Of a DNA stretch of 64,000 bases, positions 47,711 through 56,677 are shown piece after piece (the first letter of the stretch is position 1; each line of letters starts with the position of its first letter). The notes beneath the pieces were generated by a model that had not been told where the DNA came from, searched no databases, and was given only the letters and a program-made list of their open reading frames with translations. Position numbers and translations under genes: made by a program. The stretch covers positions 32,001 through 96,000 of the forward strand of contig JBDRLW010000008.1 in assembly GCA_043812655.1 (NCBI GenBank), read 5' to 3'. This DNA comes from a bacterium (lineage in GTDB: Bacteria > Margulisbacteria > WOR-1 > O2-12-FULL-45-9 > XYB2-FULL-48-7).

Positions 47711-49117
47711 CTAGTCTTTAACAACCACTATCCATTCTTTTATTAGTTCTTCAAGTTTTCCCATCGGGATCGCACTAAGAGAAGGATCCCCTAACCGACA
47801 CTCTTGCATAGCGGTTAAAGCCGCGTAAAGGTGGGAAGAAATTGAATTTTTTTCTCCAGACCGATACTCATGTTCCTCATCCCGATAAGTTAAAGAACCG
47901 ACAGGACTAATAACCGCAGCATTGCCAGTAACAAATGCCTCATCTGCTTGCATCGCTAAGGCGATCGGCACCTGTGTTTCCTCTACTTCATAACCGAGCA
48001 ATTTGGCAATTTTTATCACGCTGTCCCTGGTCACTCCCGGCAAGATCGTTCCAGAATCTAAGGCAGCAGTAAAAAGCTTCTTGTCTTTTACAATAAAAAA
48101 GTTGCCTGAACCTAATTCTTCAACATATGTTTTGGTTAACGCGTCAATATACAAGTTTTCATTAAACCCTGCGCTTTTAGCCGCCATTTGTGCTTTTAAA
48201 GCTGTAATATAATTAGCCGTAGCTTTAACATTTCCTGTCCCACCCGGCCAAGCCCTGGGAACTTCTTCTTCGATCCGCAAAGCTATAGTTGGAAGAGTTG
48301 CCCCTTGAGCTAATTTATAATAAGGTCCAACTGGGCTGACAAAACAAAGGTAGGTTTCTTCTCCAGACGGTAAAACTCCGAGCTGAGGTCCAGCACCAAA
48401 AATTAACGGCCTAATATATACAGCCGCTTTAGTTCCGGCTGGCGGAAGAATGCTTTCATTAGCTAAGACTACCGCTCTAATAGTAGCCAAAAATTCATTA
48501 ATTTTAATCGGCCGAATTAATAAGCGGCCTGCTGTCCTGGCAAATCGTTTTGCGTTCTCTCCCCACCTAAACCCTAAAATTCTTCCTTGAGGATCAGGAT
48601 AAGCCTTCATCCCTTCCCAACCAGATTGCCCGTAATGCAAGGCTTGCATTGCCGGATTAGCAATAATATCTTGGCAGGAAAACAAATAGCGGTCAGTCTC
48701 CATCATTTGCCAAGGATCTTTAGCCGCTTTTCTTCGGAAAAACATATTGTCGCAGGGATGCAAACCGAAAGGAAGCTTCGCCCAATCAATTTCTTCTACT
48801 GCCACAGGAGCAAATCGATCTAACATTCCCTGTGTAGATTGCAAGAATTGTTCTGCCCAATCTTGAACTTGTGGGCCACCTAAAACTGGCGACCAACTAG
48901 TAGGATTTAATGTATGGTCAAGTAAAGCGGGGGGAACATCATCAATTCTTCCTCTAATTGTTCCGGGCTTGCCACTTATATTAACATGATAAGTAACACC
49001 AACTTGTTTATCTCTTAATTTCTCAACTAATAATTCATTGCCAACTTTTCCATGAGGACGAAATCCTTGAAGTTGTTTTCCTGTTGTTTCTAGTCTTCTA
49101 ACCGTCAATTTGCCCAT
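47711..49117 (-). CDS. ilvE: Branched-chain amino-acid aminotransferase with N-terminal extension
   Basis: LHYGQ..EG.KA, YIRP, GNVK...NY, ILPGVTR. Confidence 0.85.
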   Translation of the reverse strand: MGKLTVRRLETTGKQLQGFRPHGKVGNELLVEKLRDKQVGVTYHVNISGKPGTIRGRIDDVPPALLDHTLNPTSWSPVLGGPQVQDWAEQFLQSTQGMLDRFAPVAVEEIDWAKLPFGLHPCDNMFFRRKAAKDPWQMMETDRYLFSCQDIIANPAMQALHYGQSGWEGMKAYPDPQGRILGFRWGENAKRFARTAGRLLIRPIKINEFLATIRAVVLANESILPPAGTKAAVYIRPLIFGAGPQLGVLPSGEETYLCFVSPVGPYYKLAQGATLPTIALRIEEEVPRAWPGGTGNVKATANYITALKAQMAAKSAGFNENLYIDALTKTYVEELGSGNFFIVKDKKLFTAALDSGTILPGVTRDSVIKIAKLLGYEVEETQVPIALAMQADEAFVTGNAAVISPVGSLTYRDEEHEYRSGEKNSISSHLYAALTAMQECRLGDPSLSAIPMGKLEELIKEWIVVVKD

Positions 49118-49208
49118 TTTTATTTTCCCTCTCTTTATTATTTTTCAGACTACAAGAGTATATCCAAGCTTAGTTAAAAAAATTTCACCCTATTTTTTTT
49201 TAGGCGCG

Positions 49209-49865
49209 TTAGCGGTTATATTCGCGGATATTCGGCTGGTGGGAATAATTGGGGACAAGCGTCAGCGGATCGGCAACTTGGCCGGCTTTGATCAGCGGCA
49301 AGCCTAGTTTGGCAACATTAATCCCGTACGGCTGCGAATGTGTTTCGTCGGCAAAATGATAGTTGGCGCCTTTAACTTCTTTAAATTCCTTGGTCGCTCC
49401 AACCAACCAAATATCACCAGAAATGTTTTTGATTTTATCTAACAGGCCAACAAACTTACAGACTTGATCCTCAGTCACTCTTCGCAAAGCTCCCCCCGAA
49501 GCGCCAAACATCGCTACATTATATTCATCATGCCTGGCGTCCAGGATAACCATCATCGTCCCTTCAATATCTATTATATTGTAGGCGATCGCTTCCAGGG
49601 TGGAAATCCCAACGATCGGGATCTTTAAGGTTTGAGCGAGTGTTTTGGCCATGGCTAGTCCACCACGCAAGCCGGAATATGAGCCGGGGCCTTGCGTCAC
49701 GGCAACTCCATCGAGCTGTTTGGGGTCGACACCAGCTTCTTCAAGGTAAAAAACCAGTTTTTCAGCTTGGGGATTGGCCATGGTCGTTTCGACCAAAACT
49801 TTTTCCTCATCGATCAAGCCAAGGCTGATTACTTTAGTCGCGCTGCTAAGCCCGAGGATACGCAT
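49209..49865 (-). CDS. tsaB: t6A biosynthesis protein TsaB
   Basis: GPGSYSGLR.G...AK.LA, LDAR. Confidence 0.9.
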   Translation of the reverse strand: MRILGLSSATKVISLGLIDEEKVLVETTMANPQAEKLVFYLEEAGVDPKQLDGVAVTQGPGSYSGLRGGLAMAKTLAQTLKIPIVGISTLEAIAYNIIDIEGTMMVILDARHDEYNVAMFGASGGALRRVTEDQVCKFVGLLDKIKNISGDIWLVGATKEFKEVKGANYHFADETHSQPYGINVAKLGLPLIKAGQVADPLTLVPNYSHQPNIREYNR

Positions 49866-50278
49866 ATTTCCCTTTCGTTTTCTGACAAAGTTTTTATTTC
49901 GATCTTCTGGGCGCCGCTAGGGAGCAGCTCTTTTAACTTTTCCGCCCACTCAACCACGCAGACCCCATCTCTTTTAAAATATTCTTCCACTCCTAGATCT
50001 TCAATGTCACTTAAATTATCAAGCCGATAAAGGTCAAAGTGAAAAAACGGCAGTCTGCCCTGATATTCGTTAATGATAATAAAAGTTGGCGAAGTGACGT
50101 AATCTTTGACCCCTAACCCCTCCGCGATCCCCTGGATCAGCGTCGTCTTCCCCGCCCCTAACTCTCCGGTCAAAGCTAGAACCTCACCAGGCAATAAAAA
50201 AGCGCCGATCTTTTTGCCCAACTGGACAGTTTCGTCAGCGCTTTTTGTTATTAGTTTACCAGCGCTCGTAGTCGTCGT
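49829..50278 (-). CDS. tsaE: t6A biosynthesis ATPase TsaE (start uncertain)
   Basis: GELGAGKT, VTSPTF, HFDLYRL, VEW. Confidence 0.9.
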   Translation of the reverse strand, partial: TTTTSAGKLITKSADETVQLGKKIGAFLLPGEVLALTGELGAGKTTLIQGIAEGLGVKDYVTSPTFIIINEYQGRLPFFHFDLYRLDNLSDIEDLGVEEYFKRDGVCVVEWAEKLKELLPSGAQKIEIKTLSENEREICVSSGLAARLK

Positions 50279-50903
50279 AGCCGCCGCTCCTTATCTCTTT
50301 GAACCCTGGCAGCTCATCGTCATATTTATCGCCGACGCCGCCTTCGACTTTGCGTTCTTCAAAAAGGGATTCGATCCTCTTTTCTAAAACCGGGTGAACC
50401 GCCGCTGGAGCGATCTCTTTGAGCGGCTTCAAAACAAACAGCCTTTCGTGCATCAAGGGATGGGGGATTTGCAGTTTTTCATCGGAAACTATCTCATTGC
50501 CGTAAAGCAGGATGTCAATGTCGATCGTCCGCGGCCCCCACTCCATCTCTCTTTCCCGGCCTAGCGCGGTTTCTATCTCTTGGCAAACTTCAAGGAGTTT
50601 TTCCGGCGGCAGCTTTGTCCTGATCTCGATCGCCGCGTTGATGAACGGCGGCTGGTCTACTCCCCCCTCTGCGTCGGTCTCATAATTAGCCGATTTTTTG
50701 GCGATCTGGATATTGGGATTCTTTTCAAGTAAAAACAACGCTTGTTCAATATATTCTTCCCGGTCACCAACGTTGGAACCAATACCAAGATAAACCGTAA
50801 CCGGCCCGCTCACCCTTTTTTTTGCCTTACCTTTCTTGAGCATCTTTTTTGTTTTTATTTTTTTGGCCTTTGTTTTTTTTGCCTTGACTTTCTTTTTCGC
50901 CAT
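50256..50903 (-). CDS. folK: HPPK with Lys-rich N-terminus
   Basis: YLGIGSNVG, WGPRTIDIDIL, LQIPHP. Confidence 0.93.
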   Translation of the reverse strand: MAKKKVKAKKTKAKKIKTKKMLKKGKAKKRVSGPVTVYLGIGSNVGDREEYIEQALFLLEKNPNIQIAKKSANYETDAEGGVDQPPFINAAIEIRTKLPPEKLLEVCQEIETALGREREMEWGPRTIDIDILLYGNEIVSDEKLQIPHPLMHERLFVLKPLKEIAPAAVHPVLEKRIESLFEERKVEGGVGDKYDDELPGFKEIRSGGYDDYERW

Positions 50904-50906
50904 AAC

Positions 50907-52055
50907 TTATCTCCTTCCTTTGATCGCTTCCACCATTCGGACAACCCGAATCGTCTCTTTAACATCATGGACACGAACGATATCGACCCCATTAATCACC
51001 GCGACGGCCACCATAGCTAGCGTCCCCTCAAGCCTCTCCTTTACCGGCAATCCCAAAACTTGGCCGATCGTGGCTTTCCGCGAGGGACCAAGTAAGACCG
51101 GACAGCCTAAACCCTTTAATTCCCTAAGCCTTCGTAAAATTTCGAGATTCTGATCAGCAGTTTTGCTAAAACCTAGCCCTGGATCTACAATAATTTTCTC
51201 ATGTAGTATACCAGCATTCTTTGCGATTGCAAGACCCTCTTCAAGGTGGCCAGCCAGCTCACCCATCAAGTCGTGATATTTGGTTTTCTGCTGCATATTG
51301 GCTGGCGTCCCCCGCATATGCATAAGGCAAACCGGAACTTGATATTTTGCCGCTACCCCGGCCATTTTTTTATCGAACCGCAAGCCGGAAACATCGTTCA
51401 CCATTTTGGCCCCGGCCTCAAGCGCCGCCTTTGCAACCTCAGCTTTTCTCGTATCGATCGAAACAACAACTTTCTTATGTTTGGCTAATTTCTTAATGAT
51501 CGGCAAAACTCGATCGATCTCTGCTTTGGCAGGAACAGCAGTCGCTCCCGGCCTTGTCGATTCACCACCAATATCGATTATCTCTGCCCCTTCAGCGATC
51601 ATCTCGTCCGCCTTTTTGACTGCTGTTTCCAGGTTGAAGTATTTCCCCCCATCAGAGAATGAATCAGGCGTCACATTTAATATTCCCATCACTTTAACTT
51701 TACGGTCATTTTCAGCATAATTTTTTAAGACGGTGCTAATTTCCAAGGCAATTGCCGGCAGGCCAAATTGATGCTGCTTTAATTTATTAACTAATTGGTT
51801 TAATTGCCTAAGCGTCCCAAAAATCAAAACATCCGACTGTTTAGCCGAATGGTCGATCACGCCATAGGACGTGGCCGCCTCCCCACCCAAAGACAGGATC
51901 TCTTGTTTAATAATGTTAGCGGGGATCGGTTTAATGGTTGACAACTTAATGACCTTAAAATCGGCCTTGTCCGACATGATCTTGATGCCAGCCGGATCAC
52001 AGCCAAGCCGCCGCATCTCTTCTTCTGGTGAAGTGGTAATTATCCTGGGGATCAT
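50907..52055 (-). CDS. folP: Dihydropteroate synthase with N-terminal extension
   Basis: MGILNVTPDSFSDGG, GGESTRPG, SRK, RVHDV. Confidence 0.95.
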   Translation of the reverse strand: MIPRIITTSPEEEMRRLGCDPAGIKIMSDKADFKVIKLSTIKPIPANIIKQEILSLGGEAATSYGVIDHSAKQSDVLIFGTLRQLNQLVNKLKQHQFGLPAIALEISTVLKNYAENDRKVKVMGILNVTPDSFSDGGKYFNLETAVKKADEMIAEGAEIIDIGGESTRPGATAVPAKAEIDRVLPIIKKLAKHKKVVVSIDTRKAEVAKAALEAGAKMVNDVSGLRFDKKMAGVAAKYQVPVCLMHMRGTPANMQQKTKYHDLMGELAGHLEEGLAIAKNAGILHEKIIVDPGLGFSKTADQNLEILRRLRELKGLGCPVLLGPSRKATIGQVLGLPVKERLEGTLAMVAVAVINGVDIVRVHDVKETIRVVRMVEAIKGRR

Positions 52056-53425
52056 AGGAGTTCTAATTTCACGATCTTTTGGGTCTGGTCGCTCACCTTG
52101 GCTCTGTCATCTATCCTTTTGCCGGCCACCCAAACAATTTTACCGACGCTTTCGACGATCGGAACCCTGTCCCTTTCGTCGGCCGGGAGCTTTTCATCAA
52201 CAAAAAAATCTTGCAGTTTTTTGCTCCCCTTAACACCTAGGGGGATAAACCGGTCGCCCAGCCGCTTGCTCCTCACAAAGACTTCTCGTCTCAGGGAACT
52301 GTAATCAACGAACGCGGCCTGGTCGCCGGCTTCAAAGTCAACTTTATCAACAAAATTCCCCCGCAGCGTCTTCCCGATCTCTTCGATCTTCACTTCACCC
52401 GGAATATTAAGCGGATAATTGAACGGGCGGACAACTTTCCTTACCGGCTTGTAGCGGCTGATCTTAACCGCCCCTTTTTCACCGCTGACAAAGATCCCGT
52501 CCGGCAAGTTAAATTCCCACCGCTCGCTCTTGTTAAGTTTCTCAATGATCTCTTTAATATGGTAAAAAGTGATCTGGGCTAGGTCGCCCTTAACTTTTTC
52601 GACCGCCAACCGAAGCAAATAACGGACAATGGTCGGGCTAAGCCGCCTTAATTTCTCCAAGCTAAGCTTGATCTCACCCATTTCATCGTTCATCATCACT
52701 TCTGGCAAAAGCTCGGCCGCCTTGTTCTCTAAATACATGTTATCTTCCGTCAAAAGAAGGATCGTCTGTAAAATTATCTCTTTAATATTTAAATTGTAGA
52801 TCCGCAGCTGGGGGACCAACTTGAGCCGGACAGAGTTCCGTATATATTTTGATTCATAGTTGGTATGGTCTCGCCGCGGGACTAATTTCAAAGCGCCAAC
52901 GTAATCTTCGATCTCCCTCCGCCAAACCTTGATCAGCGGCCGGACGATCGTCCCCCTCTTTGCCGGAATGCCGCACAGGCCCCGGAGTCCGGCGCCGCGC
53001 AACAACCGCATTAAGAAGGTTTCAATGTTATCATCAGCCGTATGGCCGACCGCGATCTTTTTAGCCCCGATCTTTTTTGCCGTCCGCTCAAAAAAGTCGT
53101 ACCTGGCAAAGCGGGCCGCTTCTTCTATCCCCATTCTTTCGCGCTCCGCTAAAGCGGCAATATCGACCGCTTCAACGGTGACCGGAACCGCTAATTTTTG
53201 GGCCAGGTTTTCCACGAACCGGACATCAAGCTCGGCGTCACCCCGGCGCAACATATGATTTAAGTGGGCAACATGGAGAGAAATGCCCAGCTCCTGCCGA
53301 AGGGCATGGAGTAAATTAAGGAGAGCGACCGAATCTGGCCCCCCTGAAACCGCGACCAGCACCAGGTCCTTGGGGACAAACATCCGGTATTCTTTAATTG
53401 CTTCTAAAAATTTTTCTTTGATCAT
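52052..53425 (-). CDS. tilS: tRNA(Ile)-lysidine synthetase
   Basis: VSGGPDS, H..DD..ET, KKLQDFF. Confidence 0.95.
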   Translation of the reverse strand: MIKEKFLEAIKEYRMFVPKDLVLVAVSGGPDSVALLNLLHALRQELGISLHVAHLNHMLRRGDAELDVRFVENLAQKLAVPVTVEAVDIAALAERERMGIEEAARFARYDFFERTAKKIGAKKIAVGHTADDNIETFLMRLLRGAGLRGLCGIPAKRGTIVRPLIKVWRREIEDYVGALKLVPRRDHTNYESKYIRNSVRLKLVPQLRIYNLNIKEIILQTILLLTEDNMYLENKAAELLPEVMMNDEMGEIKLSLEKLRRLSPTIVRYLLRLAVEKVKGDLAQITFYHIKEIIEKLNKSERWEFNLPDGIFVSGEKGAVKISRYKPVRKVVRPFNYPLNIPGEVKIEEIGKTLRGNFVDKVDFEAGDQAAFVDYSSLRREVFVRSKRLGDRFIPLGVKGSKKLQDFFVDEKLPADERDRVPIVESVGKIVWVAGKRIDDRAKVSDQTQKIVKLELL

Positions 53426-53709
53426 TGGAATAACTTAAAAGTTTCACCTTGAAAAGCCCTTTGGCCGCAATAAACCGCGTAACCCCAAGCGACCGCGCTA
53501 AAAAGGACTTCAAAGACCTCAAGATATGGGATGTAATAAATACTCCACAATAATTTGATCAGGGACCTAAGCGTAAAAAAACCAATAAATATCCAGGTCC
53601 ACAAAACCAAAGCTTGCCTGGCATGGTAATTGTTCTTTTCGGTCAAGACCTGGTAAAGGGACGGGATCCAAAAAATATAGGCAAATAATGCTTTTAAATC
53701 GCGTTTCAT
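53422..53709 (-). CDS. Small membrane protein (DUF4870-like)
   Basis: Three hydrophobic segments, HARQAL; start ATG 53709. Confidence 0.55.
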   Translation of the reverse strand: MKRDLKALFAYIFWIPSLYQVLTEKNNYHARQALVLWTWIFIGFFTLRSLIKLLWSIYYIPYLEVFEVLFSAVAWGYAVYCGQRAFQGETFKLFQ

Positions 53710-53716
53710 GTTAATA

Positions 53717-54084
53717 TGCCGGGGGCCAGGATTTCCCGATGGTGAATTTATCAATGAACATCGGGATCCCGACGGCTCCACAATTATATATCATAATGAG
53801 CGTCGGGAGAACTGGCGACCTCAGATTCCTCTAAATCTCGACTTTCGACCTTGTCGAAAGTCGGGGCTTATGAGTCCCATCGTCCCGTTTTCCTCGATCA
53901 TTGTTATTGCAATGCCGGGGGCCAGGATTGAACTGGCGACCTCGGGCTTATGAGTCCCACGCTCTAGCCAACTGAGCTACCCCGGCATTGCAAATAATAA
54001 ACCCAGGAAACGGGATCCCGATATTCCTTATTATTTATGTGTAATTATGAACATCGGGACTCTAGCCAACTGAGCTACCCCGGC
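53717..54084 (-). pseudogene. Outer, fragmented copy of the tRNA(CAT) gene split by five hairpin insertions
   Basis: Segments 54060-54084, 53864-53882, 53809-53822 and 53717-53733 concatenate to the sequence of the inner tRNA plus one extra nucleotide. Confidence 0.8.
53913..53986 (-). tRNA. tRNA with CAT anticodon (probably elongator Met; Ile2 not excluded), CCA not encoded
   Basis: GCCGGGG/CCCCGGC acceptor stem, TAGCTCAG D-arm, CTCATAA loop, GTTCAATCC T-loop; G1-C72 pair argues against initiator. Confidence 0.93.
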
Positions 54085-54092
54085 ATAAATTT

Positions 54093-54121
54093 AGGATAAC
54101 ATAAGTAAATCCTTATTGCAA
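54093..54121 (-). promoter_or_regulatory. Sigma-70 promoter directly upstream of the outer tRNA copy
   Basis: TTGCAA-17 nt-TATCCT, 8 nt before G1 of the outer copy. Confidence 0.6.
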
Positions 54122-54168
54122 TAATCCGGGGTCGATGCTAAAATAAGGCCACATAGGGGGATAAAACA

Positions 54169-54594
54169 TTGTCAGAAAATGTCAGGATTATCGTAATTGA
54201 CGACGAACCATCGGTCTTAGAGTCCTTTAAAATGATCCTTAAGATCAAGGATTATGAAGTCTCCACTTTCCCGGATGGCCCCTCTGCTTTGGCCGGGCTG
54301 GAAAAAGACAAGTTTGACATCGCTTTTATCGATTATAAGCTCCCCGGCATGGATGGTTTAGAAGTATTAAAGAAACTAAAAGAGACCGACCCTTCAATTG
54401 AAGCGATCATCGTTACCGCTTACGCGACCGAATCTTCACATGCCAACGCCATTACCCTAGGCGCTTTGGAATATCTCCGAAAACCATTCTTAATGGAAGA
54501 AATTTACGAACTGGTTGAACGAGGTCTCCGCCGCCGCCGGAACAAATCGATCCGCAAAGAAGGCGGCTCCGCTCCCATCGGCGGGATCCACTAA
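54169..54594 (+). CDS. Stand-alone response-regulator receiver protein
   Basis: IDDE, D..LPGMDG, VTAYA, KPF. Confidence 0.92.
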   Translation: MSENVRIIVIDDEPSVLESFKMILKIKDYEVSTFPDGPSALAGLEKDKFDIAFIDYKLPGMDGLEVLKKLKETDPSIEAIIVTAYATESSHANAITLGALEYLRKPFLMEEIYELVERGLRRRRNKSIRKEGGSAPIGGIH

Positions 54595-54600
54595 TCTTGT

Positions 54601-55527
54601 TTACCCGCCGGAGGCGGGGCGGCCGATTTCCAGCATTCTGTTAATTGAAGCTGAAGCTTTAACTCTAATATTTTCCGGAACTGTGACAACATTTTTCATC
54701 TCTTCCAGCGCCCAAAGGATTTTTTCTAGATTGATCATCTTCATATTAGGACAAACAGCTAATTCGGTCACCGGATAGAATTTTTTATCTGGATTCTCTT
54801 TCTGTAACCGATAAATCATTCCAGTCTCCGTGCCAACAATAAACTCTTTGTTTTTGCTCTCTTTAACATATTTCATCAGCCCTTCAGTTGATAGCGCAGC
54901 ATCGGCAGCCTCAATTACTTCCGGTCGACACTCGGGATGAACGATCACACTTGCTCCTGGCCACTGGACCCTGGCCCCTTGAATATGTTCCAGCAGAATC
55001 TTGGCATGGGTTGGACAGTAGCCTTCATAAAGGATCAGTTTTTTATCGGGGTTTTGTTTTTGCGCGAACGCCCCCAAATATTTATCGGGAACAAATATAA
55101 TCTCGTTGTCTAGCAAAGAATGGACAACCTTGCCGGCGTTGGCAGAAGTACAGCAAACATCCGACTCAGCTTTGACTTCGGCAGTCGAATTGACATAGCA
55201 AACAACGGGGGCTTTTGGATTTTGCTTTTTAAGATTTCGGAGTTTTTCAGCGGTGATCATATCGGCCATTGGGCAACCGGCCCGGAGTTCCGGTAAAACA
55301 ACTTTTTTATCCGGGGAAATTATAGCCGCTGTCTCGGCCATAAAATTAACGCCGCAGAAAATAATTACTTTGGCTTCCACTTTCCCCGCCTGGATCGAAA
55401 GCCCCAGCGAATCGCCAACATAATCGGCAATATCCTGCACTTCCGGCAATTGGTAATTATGCGCCAGTATTACCGCCTGACGCTCTTTTTTCAACTTTAA
55501 TATATTGCTAACTAATGAGTCCGCCAC
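54601..55527 (-). CDS. nadA: Quinolinate synthase
   Basis: ILAHNYQ, FCGVNFMAE, YVNS, HPEC. Confidence 0.96.
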   Translation of the reverse strand: MADSLVSNILKLKKERQAVILAHNYQLPEVQDIADYVGDSLGLSIQAGKVEAKVIIFCGVNFMAETAAIISPDKKVVLPELRAGCPMADMITAEKLRNLKKQNPKAPVVCYVNSTAEVKAESDVCCTSANAGKVVHSLLDNEIIFVPDKYLGAFAQKQNPDKKLILYEGYCPTHAKILLEHIQGARVQWPGASVIVHPECRPEVIEAADAALSTEGLMKYVKESKNKEFIVGTETGMIYRLQKENPDKKFYPVTELAVCPNMKMINLEKILWALEEMKNVVTVPENIRVKASASINRMLEIGRPASGG

Positions 55528-56638
55528 CTAACACCTCTTCTCCTTCATAGAATACCACTGACTGACCGGGAGTGACCGCTCGCTGGGGTCCTTTGAATTC
55601 AACCTTCATCTTACCGACAGACAATGGCGTGATCACCGCTGGAGCTTCTTTAGAATTATAACGGATTTTAGCCCCTACTTCGAGCGCTCCAGCCGGCCAT
55701 TCACCGGAGATAAAAGAGACTTGATCGGCAATTAATTCCCTTCGCAGCAAATCATCATTATCCCCAATCACCACTTTATTGTTCTTGGCGTCTAAACTAA
55801 TAACATATTTCGGTTCTCCCCGGTGCGCTCCAATTCCTTTTCTCTGCCCGATCGTATAAAAAACAATGCCTTCATGCCGGCCAACAACCTTGCCGGTTTT
55901 ATCGACAATGTCGCCAGGTTTAACGACAGCCGGGATTTTCTCTTTCAAAAACCGCCCATAATCATCATCTGCAATAAAACAGATCTCCTGGCTCTCTTTC
56001 TTCTCCGCCACCGGCAATTTATATTTTTTTGCCAGCTTCCTCACTTCATCCTTCGTCATCTCCCCCAACGGAAATAACGTCTGCGCCAATTGTTCTTGCG
56101 TCAATCGATAAAGAACGTAGGATTGGTCTTTGCGGGAGTCCAGGCCTTTAAGCAAGGTCAAGGGATTAGGGGGTAGGGAGTAGGGAGCAGAATATATTTT
56201 TTTACTCCCCTCTATCCCCTTACCCCTAACCCCTACCCTCGCGTAATGCCCCGTCGCAATATATTCAGCCCCAAGCTCCCGCGCTTTTGCCAACAGATGA
56301 TCGAACTTCAAGAATTGATTACAGCGAATACAAGGATTTGGCGTCCGGCCAGCTTTATATTCAGCAATAAAGTCTTGAATAACGGTCTTTTCAAAGTCAG
56401 CTTTGAAATTTAAAACATAATGGGGAATTCCCAGTTTATCGGCCACTTTTTTGGCATCATTGGCCGCTTCCGCGCTGCAGCAGCTCCGGTCAGAAGCATT
56501 GGTCGTACAATATAAGCTCATCGTCACGCCAATGACGTCATGCCCTGCTTCTTTCAACGTCGCCGCCACGACCGAGGAATCAACGCCTCCCGACATGGCA
56601 ACTAGGATCTTTTTATTTTGCGTGAAATTTTTTAACAT
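55508..56638 (-). CDS. mnmA: tRNA 2-thiouridylase
   Basis: MSGGVDS, TPNPCIRCN, ATGHY, KDQSY, TPGQ. Confidence 0.96.
   Translation of the reverse strand: MLKNFTQNKKILVAMSGGVDSSVVAATLKEAGHDVIGVTMSLYCTTNASDRSCCSAEAANDAKKVADKLGIPHYVLNFKADFEKTVIQDFIAEYKAGRTPNPCIRCNQFLKFDHLLAKARELGAEYIATGHYARVGVRGKGIEGSKKIYSAPYSLPPNPLTLLKGLDSRKDQSYVLYRLTQEQLAQTLFPLGEMTKDEVRKLAKKYKLPVAEKKESQEICFIADDDYGRFLKEKIPAVVKPGDIVDKTGKVVGRHEGIVFYTIGQRKGIGAHRGEPKYVISLDAKNNKVVIGDNDDLLRRELIADQVSFISGEWPAGALEVGAKIRYNSKEAPAVITPLSVGKMKVEFKGPQRAVTPGQSVVFYEGEEVLGGGLIS
56161..56240. repeat. Two opposed 7-mer arrays in-frame in mnmA
   Basis: (TAGGGRG)n...(CCCCTWA)n, encoding VGVRGKGIEGSKKIYSAPYSLPPNP. Confidence 0.8.
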
Positions 56639-56677
56639 TCTTTCGATAATAAATTATAGCAGAAAGGAGCTTATTTA

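Noticed and set aside
53717..53733. tRNA 3'-end duplicate as a prophage or island att site
   Set aside because: No integrase nearby, only about 200 bp separates the copies, and the 5' and middle parts of the tRNA are duplicated too.
53734..54059. TCCCGA...TCGGGA units as a CRISPR array or integron attC sites
   Set aside because: No constant repeat-spacer period, no cas or intI gene, and no RYYYAAC/GTTRRRY ends.
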